Source: Halobacteriales archaeon QS_4_69_34 (GTDB lineage Archaea; Halobacteriota; Halobacteria; Halobacteriales; Halococcaceae). Taken from it: 64,000 nt of DNA. Location: NCBI GenBank assembly GCA_003021045.1, contig PXRN01000003.1, positions 1 to 64,000 of the forward strand. The letters run 5' to 3'. The notes beneath the pieces are model-generated. The model was not told where the DNA came from and ran no database searches. It was given only the letters and a program-made list of their open reading frames with translations. Of this stretch, positions 10,685-20,081 are shown piece after piece (within the stretch, counting starts at the first letter, position 1; each line of letters opens with the position of its first letter). The position numbers and the translations under genes are program-made.

Positions 10685-11805
10685 CAGGGCCCCTCCGGTT
10701 CCACTCCTTCGGGGCCGGCCCGCTCGGGCCCCGTCCCCTTCGCGCCGGTCCCTCCCGTACCGGTTCCCTTCGTGCCGGTCCGTTCGGGGCCGTTTTCTCC
10801 CGGCCCGGCTCCCGCGCCGACCAGCTCCAGCGCGTCCGCGACGGCGCGGCTCACCCGCTCCGCGTCGGCGGGCCCGTCGATCACGACGTCGGTCCGCACG
10901 ACCGGCCGAGCGAGGGAAGTGTCGTCGATCTCGTCGAGCACGAACGCGTCACAGAAGGGGTAGGCGTCGGCGACGCCCGCCGTGCTCGGTGCCAGTCCCA
11001 CGGCGTCCATCAGCTTCGCCGCCGGCCCCGAGAACGCGTCCTCCCCGACGAACGGTGAGACCGCCACTACCGGGATCTCGGCGAGCGCTTCCTCGACGCC
11101 GGGCAGCGCGAGCAACGGTCCGATGCTCGTCACGGGGTTCGAAGGGCCGATCACGACCGGGTCGGCGAGTGCCTCCCGGACGGCAGCGGTCGGTCGTGCC
11201 TCGTCCACGCCCCGGAACTCGACGTCCTCGACTGCGGGCTCGCCCCCGCGTGCGACCCAGAACTCCTGGAAGTGCATCGCCCCCGCGGGCGTGTGGACGA
11301 TCGTCGCCACCGGATCGTCGCTCATCGGGAGCACGTCGGTATCGAGGCCGAACGCCGCCGCGAGCCGTGCGGTCGCCTCGGTCAGCGTGTGGCCCGCGTC
11401 GAGCAGGCTCGTCCGGGTGACGTGCACCGCCCGGTCGCGGTCGCCGATGAACATGAACTCCCCGACGCCCGAGAAGCGCCGCCAGCGTGCGATCGGTCGG
11501 CCCGCGGTCTGGCGGTCAGCGTCGAGGTACTGGGGACCGTCGTCGAGCCCGGCAGCCTCGGCGATTTCCCGGAGGGCATCGTGGGTCGTGCCGGTGTCCT
11601 CGGCGATCCCCCACCACCGCCCGCGGTCGAGGACGCCGCCGCGCTCGAAGAGGACGGTGTCGAGATCCGGGCAGACGAGCAGCCCGCCGAGTTCGACGTC
11701 GTCGCCGGTGTTTCCGACTACCGTCGTCTCGGTAGTCGAAAAGACCTCGCTCGCGCCGGCGAGGAGCTTCGGCGTGCCCGTCCCCCCCGAGAGGAAGGTC
11801 ACCAT
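10684..11805 (-). CDS. cofD: 2-phospho-L-lactate transferase (F420 biosynthesis)
   Basis: [15 protein letters not shown]... N-terminus characteristic of CofD/LPPG:Fo transferase; 373 aa. Confidence 0.85.
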   Translation of the reverse strand: MVTFLSGGTGTPKLLAGASEVFSTTETTVVGNTGDDVELGGLLVCPDLDTVLFERGGVLDRGRWWGIAEDTGTTHDALREIAEAAGLDDGPQYLDADRQTAGRPIARWRRFSGVGEFMFIGDRDRAVHVTRTSLLDAGHTLTEATARLAAAFGLDTDVLPMSDDPVATIVHTPAGAMHFQEFWVARGGEPAVEDVEFRGVDEARPTAAVREALADPVVIGPSNPVTSIGPLLALPGVEEALAEIPVVAVSPFVGEDAFSGPAAKLMDAVGLAPSTAGVADAYPFCDAFVLDEIDDTSLARPVVRTDVVIDGPADAERVSRAVADALELVGAGAGPGENGPERTGTKGTGTGGTGAKGTGPERAGPEGVEPEGP

Positions 11806-12370
11806 GATCGATGGTGATCGAGCGAGGGGCTAAACGCTTCGCCTCCCGGCCGGCCAGAACGCGGTAGACAATCGAGCAGCCCGGATCGACCGGGGCGAGA
11901 CGGGCCGGCCGGACAAACGGTGCGCGTCGTACGCCGCGCGGGCGGAGTGGAGTCGGTCACGGTTCGGGTGCGGTCGGCGGACGGTAGCGGTGCGGCCGGC
12001 GCGCAGTCGCACGCCGAGGACGGCGCGCGGCCCGCGCGAGAGGACGGCGCGAGGTGCGAGACTCGTCCCTCGATGCGAGCGGGGCAGCGACCCGCGAGCG
12101 CGCGAGGGCCGGCGGTGCGGTCGCTGCGGGTGATAGTCGAGAGCCCGAGCGAGCGAATCGGCCGGGAGGCGTGGGCGGTTCGCGGTGCTGTGCGGGGCGG
12201 TCGCGGTCCGCGGTGGCGCGGCTGCGGAGCGGTGGCGGTTTCTCGTGATCGGCGCTCGCGGTCTCCGTCGCTCTACTCCAGCCCCTGCTCCGTGGTCTTC
12301 GTCGTACCGTCCTGATCTACTCCTCGCGGTTCTCGTCGCTCTGGTCTACTCTCCCGACAGGTCGTTCGCC

Positions 12371-13294
12371 TCAGAAGGGGTCGATCGGCACCCACTTCGG
12401 GTCGGGATCGACGCGTCCGGCGAGCACCGCGTTGAGCGCTGCGCCGACGAGCAGGACGAATCCCCCGACGTAGAGCCAGATGAGGATGAGCAGGACGGCG
12501 CTCGCGGTGCCGTAGAGCTGTATCGTCGCCGAGATCGCCGCGTAGTACCCGAAGAGCGCCTGGAGGACGGTCCACGCTGCGGCGGCGAAGATCGTCCCCG
12601 GGGCCGCCTCGCCGATCCCGATCTCCACGTCGGGCAGGACGTAGTACAGCGGGAAGAACACGACCGCGAGGACGGCGAAGAGGACGAGCGGTTCGACGGT
12701 GCTCCAGAGCCGGGTGCGGACGAGCGTCGAGAGCACCACCCCGACGGCTACCATCGCCACCGCCACGAGGACGATGACGGCGGAGACGAGCACCACGTCC
12801 ACGGCGGTCCCGAGAAGGGAGCGCTCGCCGCGGGTGTCGTAGATGCCCGTGAAGGTAGTGTCGAGCGCACGGAACGTCAGCAGCGCCCCCCAGAACAGGA
12901 CGACGGCACCGACGACGGTCGCGCCCCCGTCGCTCGCCGCACCGAGGACGATCTCCTGGAGGAGGTCGGCGCTCTCGGGTGTGAGCGTGCGCGCCGCCCG
13001 ATTCACGACCCGCCGTACGAGCACGTCAGCTCCGAACAGCGAGACGGCGGCGACGAGCAACAGGAGCAGCGGTACCAGCGAGATGAACGTGAAGTACGCG
13101 ACGCTGCCCGCCGTGAGCACGATCTGCTCCCGGCGCGCGAGCGCGACGACATCGAGGAGGACGGCGATGGAGTCGTCGACGGCCGACACGAGGCCGGGTC
13201 CGGCGCGGAGACGTATAGGGTTCCCGACCGACCGCGACGCCCGCAGAGAGCCGGGCCCTCTCGGCATCCCCGCCGTCGACAGTTCGCCCCTCAC
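12371..13294 (-). CDS. YihY/BrkB (ribonuclease BN-like) family membrane protein
   Basis: Six hydrophobic segments; typical family size and topology. The start may instead be the internal Met at 13267. Confidence 0.65.
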   Translation of the reverse strand: MRGELSTAGMPRGPGSLRASRSVGNPIRLRAGPGLVSAVDDSIAVLLDVVALARREQIVLTAGSVAYFTFISLVPLLLLLVAAVSLFGADVLVRRVVNRAARTLTPESADLLQEIVLGAASDGGATVVGAVVLFWGALLTFRALDTTFTGIYDTRGERSLLGTAVDVVLVSAVIVLVAVAMVAVGVVLSTLVRTRLWSTVEPLVLFAVLAVVFFPLYYVLPDVEIGIGEAAPGTIFAAAAWTVLQALFGYYAAISATIQLYGTASAVLLILIWLYVGGFVLLVGAALNAVLAGRVDPDPKWVPIDPF

Positions 13295-13801
13295 CTCTCA
13301 CGATCCGTGACCGACAGCTCCACGCCGCGATCCCGCGTCAGCCGCTTGCGCTCCCCCTCCCCGGGGTTGTCGAGGACCCGACGGACCGCCCGCTCGATCC
13401 GCTCGTCGGACGCCGCGAGCGCGTCCGTCCGGCGCGAGGCCGTGGGCCAACCGGAGTCGAGCGAGCCACTGGATGTGAGCCGCCCCCCGCGGTTGCTCGA
13501 CGGCGTCCCAGTCGACGATGGCCAGGCCGAGACACCCCGAACCGCACGCTCGAACCGCTCCACGCTCGTGATCGCGTCCCACGGGATCACCCTCGTGCCG
13601 ACCGGCGACGGAAGGGACACGCCGTCCGCATGGAGCGCGAGAAACAGCCGCCACGCAGCGCCGGGACGGGCACGGCCGCCAGCAGGGCGAAGAAGGCCAG
13701 CCCGCCGAAGCCGAGAAACTGGAGGAAGCGGACGTACCCGAACACCGATGATTCGATGGAACCGGCGATCGTCGCGGTCCCGAAGCCGGGGATCGCACAC
13801 A

Positions 13802-14110
13802 TCGCGGCGAGGCCGACGGCCGACCAGGGCGACGGCGGATCGACCGAGCGAGACCGGGAAGACGAGCACGCGCCCGAGCGCGCGGTGTTCGACGGTCCGG
13901 CCCTCGACGGCGGCTGCGCCGTCGCCGTTCTCACGACGGCGAACGGGAGGACTATCGGCGTCATCGCCGCACCGACGAGACGGTCCGCGCCGCTTCCGGT
14001 CGCATCAGATACGCGCCGAATCCGCCGAAGACGAGGGTGAAGACGGCGATCAGGACAGCGCCGAGCGCCCGGAGAACCGACGCTCCGGTCCGACGGCGGT
14101 TCGTCGCCAT
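13802..14110 (-). CDS. Possible small membrane protein gene(s), apparently frame-disrupted
   Basis: Two adjacent short hydrophobic ORFs in different frames (MATNRRRTGASVLRALGAVLIAVFTLVFGG... and ...MCAIPGFGTATIAGS...FLGFGGLAFFALLAAV). Weak. Confidence 0.2.
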
Positions 14111-14257
14111 CCCTCTGTGTGTTCGATCCGGGCGCACAACGGCTGGGGAGGGGACAGCGGTCGGATCGCTTCGGGAGGCGTCTCGCCGACTCCACTCCAG
14201 CACGTTCCCTTCCCCCGCGAGCCGGACGCTTTTGTTCGAACGCGCCCACTCGCGGAC

Positions 14258-15472
14258 ATGAAGACGATCAAGGACAGCGTCCACGACCACATCGAAGTCG
14301 CTGGCGTCGCCCGCGACCTGCTCGACACGCCGCCCGTCCAGCGCCTCCGGCACGTCAAGCAGCTCGGAACGGTGGATCTGGTCTATCCCTCGGCGAACCA
14401 CACCCGGTTCGAGCACAGTCTGGGCGTGTTCCACCTCGCCGACCGCGCCCTCTCTCATTTGAGCATCGAGGGCCGGCAGGCCGAGCGCGTCCGGGCCGCG
14501 GCGCTGCTGCACGACGTCGGCCACGGGCCCTACAGCCACAACCTCGAGGGAGTCATCTACCGTCGTACGGGCAAGTACCACGACGACGTCGACGGCCTGC
14601 TCGCGACCGGTGCGGTCGCTGCGGTGCTCGAAGATCACGGTCTCGATCCCGGCCGGGTCGCGGGCCTCGTGGCGGGCGCGGGCGAGCTGGGGCAGCTGGT
14701 GTCGGGCGAGCTCGACGTCGACCGGATGGACTATCTAGTACGGGATGCCCACCACACCGGCGTCCCCTACGGCGTCGTCGACCACGAGCGGCTCATCCGC
14801 GAGCTGCGGTTCGTCGATGGCGCGCTCGCGCTCGCGGCGGGCAACGTCCAGAGCGCCGAGAGCCTGCTGCTCGCCCGCGCGCTGATGAATCCCGTGGTGT
14901 ACAACCACCACACCGCCCGGATCGCCAAGGCGATGCTCCAGCGCGCGACTGAACGGCTCCTGGATGGAGGACTCAGCGGCGAGGAGTTGCGCCGGATGGA
15001 CGACCACGACCTCCTCGCCGCTCTCCGGGCCGACGAGCGAACGCGCGAGGACGCCCGCCGGCTGAGCCGTCGTGATCTCTACAAGCGCGGCGTCTGGGCG
15101 GAGCTGCGCGACACGCCCGAAGCCCTGCTCGACGTCGACCACGAGCGGATCCGTGAGCTCGAAGGCGAGATCGCCGCCGGCGCGGACGCCGAGCGGGTGA
15201 TCCTCGACGTGCCCGGCCGGCCGCGGATGACCGAGTCCTCGACGCGGGTGGTCGTCGGCGGCGAGGCTCGCTCGTTGGATCGGCAGTCGACGCTGGTCGA
15301 GGCGCTGCGGACCACCCAGCGCGAGCAGTGGCGACTGGGCGTCTACGCGCCCGCCGACGTGGTCGAACAGGTCGGCCGCGCCGCCGTCGGGGTGCTGGGC
15401 CTCGACGTGGACGGCGCGCTCGTCTCGGACGTGCGGCCGGGCGTCCACGCGACGCTCGATGAATTCGAATGA
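14258..15472 (+). CDS. HD-domain phosphohydrolase
   Basis: HSLGV...HDVGHGPYSH metal-binding HD motif, later DxxRMDYLVRD; 404 aa. Confidence 0.8.
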   Translation: MKTIKDSVHDHIEVAGVARDLLDTPPVQRLRHVKQLGTVDLVYPSANHTRFEHSLGVFHLADRALSHLSIEGRQAERVRAAALLHDVGHGPYSHNLEGVIYRRTGKYHDDVDGLLATGAVAAVLEDHGLDPGRVAGLVAGAGELGQLVSGELDVDRMDYLVRDAHHTGVPYGVVDHERLIRELRFVDGALALAAGNVQSAESLLLARALMNPVVYNHHTARIAKAMLQRATERLLDGGLSGEELRRMDDHDLLAALRADERTREDARRLSRRDLYKRGVWAELRDTPEALLDVDHERIRELEGEIAAGADAERVILDVPGRPRMTESSTRVVVGGEARSLDRQSTLVEALRTTQREQWRLGVYAPADVVEQVGRAAVGVLGLDVDGALVSDVRPGVHATLDEFE

Positions 15473-15559
15473 CATCGACTCGGTGCGGATTGTCGGCCGA
15501 ACCACGAGCCACGTGGGCGAGCCCGCGCATTCAAGACGGGGGCTCTCCGATCGACGGAC

Positions 15560-16591
15560 ATGGAGATCGAGGGCGTACTTCTAGCCGGCCGGACACTGGA
15601 GCCGATCGAGGGCCGGGTAGTGATCGAGGGCGACGAGATCGCCGCGGTCGAGGAGACCTCCACCGCGCCCTCGAAGATCGTCCTGCCGGCGCTCGTCAAC
15701 GCCCACACCCACGTCGGCGACTCGATCGCCAAGGAGGCCGGCGCGGGACTCGACCTCGACGAGCTCGTCGCGCCGCCCGACGGCCTCAAGCACCGCCTGC
15801 TGCGAGCGGCGAGCCACGAGGAGCTCGTCCGCGCGATGGCACGCACGATCCGGTTCATGCGGGCGAGCGGCACGGGTGCGTTCGGCGAGTTCCGCGAGGG
15901 CGGCGTCGAGGGCGTGCGCGCGATCGGCGAGGCGCTGGAGGAACGCGACGTCGCGGCGACGATCCTCGGGCGCGGTTCGATCGCGGCGATGGAGGCCGCC
16001 GACGGCTACGGTGCGAGCGGGGCGCGCGACGGCGACTTCGACGCGGCGCGGCGAGCGACCCGCAAAACAGGAAAACTGTTTGCGATCCACGCCGGCGAGC
16101 GCGACGACGCGGACATCGACGCGGCGCTCGACCTCGATCCGGACTTCGCCGTCCACATGGTCTACGCCCGCGAGCGCCACCTCGACCGGATCGAGCGTCA
16201 GGGGACGCCCGTGGCCGTCTGTCCGCGCTCGAACCTCGTCACCGGGGTCGGACTCCCCCCCATCGACGCGCTCGCCGAGCGGACGACCCTCGCGCTGGGG
16301 ACGGACAACGCGATGCTCGACAGCCCCTCGATGTTCCGCGAGATGGAGTTCACCGCCAAGCTCACGGACCTGTCCGCCCGCGAGGTCCTGGCGATGGCGA
16401 CCGCGAACGGGGCCGACACGCTCGGGCTGAACTGTGGCGTGCTCGAAGCGGGCCGGGAGGCGCGCGTCCTCGTCCTCGACGGCGATTCGGACAACCTCGC
16501 CGGCGCGCGCGATCCCGTCCGGGCGGTCGTCCGCCGAGCGGGCGTTGGCGACGTCGAGCGGGTCCTGCTCCCGGGCCCGGAGGGGCGATGA
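15560..16591 (+). CDS. Amidohydrolase-family protein (chlorohydrolase/aminohydrolase-like)
   Basis: PALVNAHTHVGDS metal-binding His pair, ...FAIHAGE...; 343 aa. Confidence 0.75.
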   Translation: MEIEGVLLAGRTLEPIEGRVVIEGDEIAAVEETSTAPSKIVLPALVNAHTHVGDSIAKEAGAGLDLDELVAPPDGLKHRLLRAASHEELVRAMARTIRFMRASGTGAFGEFREGGVEGVRAIGEALEERDVAATILGRGSIAAMEAADGYGASGARDGDFDAARRATRKTGKLFAIHAGERDDADIDAALDLDPDFAVHMVYARERHLDRIERQGTPVAVCPRSNLVTGVGLPPIDALAERTTLALGTDNAMLDSPSMFREMEFTAKLTDLSAREVLAMATANGADTLGLNCGVLEAGREARVLVLDGDSDNLAGARDPVRAVVRRAGVGDVERVLLPGPEGR

Positions 16592-16674
16592 GCGCGCCGA
16601 TCGGACGCCGTTCGGTCACGGGCCCACCGGTCGCCGACCGAAAGCGTAACCCGCCCGGTGTGAACCGCGAGCCG

Positions 16675-16893
16675 ATGCACGAGCCCGTCCTCGCCCCAAC
16701 CGACGGCTCCCCGGAGCGAGCGCGCCGTCGCCCACGCCGACGAACGGGACTGTGACCTGATCGTCGTGGACACCCACGGCCGGGGGGAGGGGGGCTCGAC
16801 CGCCTGCCGCTCGGCAGCGTCGCCGAGCGGGTCGTCCACACGCCGACGGTTCCCGTGCTCACCGTGCGCGTCGAGAGCGCGACCGAGGGGTGA
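16675..16893 (+). pseudogene. Universal stress protein (UspA) remnant: internally deleted with two frameshifts
   Basis: PVLAPTDGSPE / ERAVAHADERDCDLIVVDTHGRG / GLDRLPLGSVAERVVHTPTVPVLTVR read in three frames; the central roughly 70 aa of a normal Usp are missing; one break falls in a G-homopolymer. Confidence 0.5.
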
Positions 16894-16955
16894 GCGGACG
16901 TGGCGCCCCTCGGTAGAAACCGTCCACCTAACACCGTCGGCGGCGACGGTCGGGC

Positions 16956-18233
16956 GTGAGCTCCGCGATCGCCGGCACGCAGCTGGGAGCGACGACGCTC
17001 GACGGCGCGGTCGCCCGGATCGCGCTCGCGGCCGCGCTGGGGCTGTTTCTCGGCCTGGAGCGCGAGTGGTCCGAGAAACCCGCGGGCATCCGTACCTTCT
17101 CGCTGATCAGCCTGCTCGCGGCCGTCTTCACCGTCCTCGACCGGGAGCTGCTGCTCGTCGCCGGCGCGCTGCTCGTCATCGCACAGGGCACCTTGCTCGG
17201 GATCCGGGGACTGTCGAGCGAGGCGACGGGGCTGTCGTTGACGACCTCGGTGTCGATGCTCGTCGCCTACGGCGTCGGCGCGCTGGTCGCGCGCGGGTTC
17301 GTCATTGAGGGCGTGACGGTGGCCGTGCTCTCCTCGCTGCTTTTGGTGCTCAAGCGGGAGCTCCACCGCTTCGCTGGCGGCCTCTCCAGAGCGGAGCTGC
17401 GTTCCGCGACCGAGTTTGCCATCCTCGCGTTCGTGATCTATCCCCTCCTGCCGGCCACGCCGGTGACGCTCGCCGTGGCAGGACTGTCGGTCGACATCGA
17501 GCCGCGGGCGGCGTGGCTGATGACCGTCGCGGTCGCCGGCATCGGCATCGTCAACTACGCGATCGTCACCACCTACGGCGGCCGCGGCATCGCCGTCACG
17601 GGCTTTTTCGGAGGACTCGCCTCCTCGACCGCCGTGGTCGGGACGATGCTCGATCACGTGCGCCAGCGCCCCTCGGCGCGCGCCTACGCCGTCGCCGCCG
17701 TGGTGCTCGCCGACGCGGCGATGGCGGCGCGCAACCTCGCCATCGTCGTCGCCTTTACCCTCTCGACCGGGCTGTTGCTCGACGCCGCCGTTCCCCTCCT
17801 CGCCGTGGTGCTCGGCAGCGTCGCCGTCGCCGCCGCGACCGCCGACTGGGGCGAGCGCGTCGAGGTCCCCCTCGACAGCCCGTTCTCGCTGCGGAACGCG
17901 CTCGGCTTCGGCGCGATCTTCGCCGCGGTGATCCTCGCCGGCGGACTCGCCGAGGCGGGCTTCGGCGCGCTCGGCTTCTACGTCACCGCTGCCCTCACCG
18001 GACTGGTCTCCAGTGCGGGCGCGACCAGCTCGGCCGTGTTGCTCTACCGTACCGGGAGCCTCGACGGCGACGCCGCCGCGCTCGCAGTGTTGCTCGCCAC
18101 TGCGTCGAGCGTCGTCGTCAAGGCCGCCCTGACCGCCGCCGGTCCGGACCGGCGCTTCGCCGTCCGGGTCACGCTCTGGAGCGGCGCGCTGCTCGCCGTC
18201 GGCGGGGCGGTCGCGCTCGTCGTGCTGGCGTGA
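16956..18233 (+). CDS. MgtC/SapB family membrane protein with C-terminal DUF4010-type domain
   Basis: LGLEREW MgtC signature near the N-terminus; about 11 TM helices; GTG start. Confidence 0.75.
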   Translation: MSSAIAGTQLGATTLDGAVARIALAAALGLFLGLEREWSEKPAGIRTFSLISLLAAVFTVLDRELLLVAGALLVIAQGTLLGIRGLSSEATGLSLTTSVSMLVAYGVGALVARGFVIEGVTVAVLSSLLLVLKRELHRFAGGLSRAELRSATEFAILAFVIYPLLPATPVTLAVAGLSVDIEPRAAWLMTVAVAGIGIVNYAIVTTYGGRGIAVTGFFGGLASSTAVVGTMLDHVRQRPSARAYAVAAVVLADAAMAARNLAIVVAFTLSTGLLLDAAVPLLAVVLGSVAVAAATADWGERVEVPLDSPFSLRNALGFGAIFAAVILAGGLAEAGFGALGFYVTAALTGLVSSAGATSSAVLLYRTGSLDGDAAALAVLLATASSVVVKAALTAAGPDRRFAVRVTLWSGALLAVGGAVALVVLA

Positions 18234-18419
18234 GCGCCGGGCCGTTCGATCCCGGGCTCCGCCGACCGCGTGGCGACGGGGAAGCGTCGACCGTGGACAG
18301 CCGCACGGACGAAGTGCCGGGAGGCTGTCGGCGGGACGTGTCTCCGTGTCGATCGCCACCGATCGGCGGACGGCCGTAGAACCGCCGAGAACGCGGTGGG
18401 ATCCTCACCGACAGTAGCG

Positions 18420-19418
18420 TCAGGCCGGCCGCAGGTGTTCGCAGTCGCCGGCGTGGACCTCGACGGGACCGTCGTCGGTCTCGACCACCAGCGTCCCGGG
18501 GAAGGCGATGTCAGTGGCCTCGCCGACGATCGTCCCCCGGGGCGTCTCGACCCGGACCTGCTGGCCGAGGGTGTGTGCGTGCTCGCGCCACGCTCCCAGT
18601 ACGGCGTCGGGCTCGGCCCGGAGCTGATCGAAGGTTTCGAGGAGTCGCTGGACGAACACCCGGCGGTCGAGGTCGGAGGCGTGTTCGCGGAGGCCCGTCG
18701 CGCCCGCGGGAAGGCCCTCCGGTTCGACGTTGACGCCGATTCCGACGACGACCCACGCGGCACGGTCGGCCTCGCCCTCCATCTCGGTGAGGATGCCCGC
18801 GAGCTTCCGCTCGGTTCCCTCCCCGTCTCCGTCGCCGTTTACCCCGCCGTCGCCGTTGTCCCTCCCGTCATCGCCATCGTCGTGGCCGTCGCCCGAAACC
18901 ACCAGCACGTCGTTGGGCCACTTGATCCGCGCGTCGACGCCCGCCTCGCGGGCTGTCCGGGTCGTGGCGACGGCCGCCGAAAGCGTCAGCAGGGGGACGT
19001 GCGCCGGCGGCAGATCGGGCCGGAGCACGAGGCTCAGCAGGACCGAACCGGGCGGCGAGACCCACTCCCGGTCGAGCCGACCGCGACCGCCGGTCTGCTC
19101 GTCGGCCACCACGGCGACGTCTCCCTTCCCCTCGGCGGCCAGCTCCCGGGCACGGGCGTTCGTGCTCGGCAGCGAGTCGTGGTACTCGACCGCGAAGGGG
19201 GCGCCGAGGCCGAACTCGATCGCCGGCCCGCCGTACTCCGGCACGCCGTCGAGGACGTAGCCCTCGCCGCCGCTGGCCACCCCGAAGCCGGCCGCCCGGA
19301 GCGCCTCGACGTGCTTCCAGACCGCCGCACGCGAGATATCCAGCCGCTCGGCGAGCGTGGGACCCGAGACGGGACCGTCGGCGAGCGCGTCGAGGACGGC
19401 ACGGCGCGTCTCTTGCAC
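18420..19418 (-). CDS. birA: Biotin--[acetyl-CoA-carboxylase] ligase with N-terminal HTH (bifunctional BirA type)
   Basis: N-terminal wHTH (PVSGPTLAERLDISRAAVWKHVEAL), BPL motif GRGRLDREWVSPPGSVLLSLVL, KWPNDV; 332 aa from GTG; a TTTAATA box lies 24 nt upstream. Confidence 0.8.
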   Translation of the reverse strand: MQETRRAVLDALADGPVSGPTLAERLDISRAAVWKHVEALRAAGFGVASGGEGYVLDGVPEYGGPAIEFGLGAPFAVEYHDSLPSTNARARELAAEGKGDVAVVADEQTGGRGRLDREWVSPPGSVLLSLVLRPDLPPAHVPLLTLSAAVATTRTAREAGVDARIKWPNDVLVVSGDGHDDGDDGRDNGDGGVNGDGDGEGTERKLAGILTEMEGEADRAAWVVVGIGVNVEPEGLPAGATGLREHASDLDRRVFVQRLLETFDQLRAEPDAVLGAWREHAHTLGQQVRVETPRGTIVGEATDIAFPGTLVVETDDGPVEVHAGDCEHLRPA

Positions 19419-19442
19419 GCGAGCGACGACGACCGTCGAGCT

Positions 19443-19449
19443 ATTAAAC
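19443..19449 (-). promoter_or_regulatory. TATA box (TTTAATA on the minus strand) for birA
   Basis: 24 nt upstream of the GTG start, as for a leaderless mRNA. Confidence 0.4.
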
Positions 19450-19965
19450 CCGGTGTGCGACGCCGGCAGTCGCCACGGACCCCGGGCGCTCCGTTCAGCG
19501 ACCGTCTCGACTCGCGGCGTCGACTCGGTCGGAGGGTGACGAGCGCCCGCCCCCAGCCCGGCACGAACAGGATGGGAGACGATACGCAACGGTGAGCGCG
19601 GTGATGACCTCCTGGACGAACAGCCGATACCACCGTTGTCAACGGGCCGAACATTACCCTTCGATCCGGTCGCCGGGTCGGCCGAGCGCGGAATCGCTGC
19701 GGGCCATGTTCGGAGGCCTCGCAATCGGGACACATAAGGCTCCGTCGAACGCGACGCGCGGTCACGCCGGCCATGGGTGGCCGTAGCGGCGATGAGGGGT
19801 GCGGTCGCAACTGTGCCGCGAGCGGACGACCGACCGCCGGAGCGAGGCGCTCCGAGCCCCCGTTCGCTTCGTCTGCTCACGGGCGGCAAAGCCGCCCGTT
19901 CGCACGGTCCAAGGGACGTCCCTCGCTACTCACGGCGACGAAGGAAGGGCGGGAGCTCGCGGCCT

Positions 19966-20050
19966 TTTCCTCCAGGTTTTTGCAGAGGATTCGGCAAAGC
20001 GAGTGCCGCAGGCACGAGCGACGGAGGACCCCTGTAAAAAGTGGGCGGGA
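19966..20050 (+). repeat. Copy 1 of a conserved ~85-nt intergenic element (core GGATTCGGC..AGCGAGTGCCGCAGGCACGAGCGACGGAGGACCCC..AAAAA..TGG)
   Basis: 35-nt identity with the copy at 54519-54600; diverged inverted copy at 21101-21200. Confidence 0.6.
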
Positions 20051-20081
20051 GTGACGCGAAGCCCGCGCGAGAAGGTGGTTT

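Noticed and set aside
8745-11420. 891-aa ORF on the plus strand
   Set aside because: Antisense to the cofD/TIM-barrel/CitG-like genes, Arg/Pro/Ser-rich low-complexity translation typical of out-of-frame reading of high-GC DNA; the opposite-strand genes have clear family signatures.
12185-15472. 1095-aa ORF on the plus strand
   Set aside because: Only the last 404 codons (HD-domain protein from 14258) are real. The upstream part is antisense to yihY and runs across an intergenic repeat, with RD/RE-rich nonsense composition.
16362-18359. 665-aa ORF on the minus strand
   Set aside because: Antisense to mgtC; low-complexity Arg/Gly-rich translation.
19419-19960. SRP RNA or RNase P RNA in the long birA-TRAM spacer
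   Set aside because: Could not recognise the conserved SRP helix-8 or RNase P P4 motifs by eye; left as an unclassified structured region.
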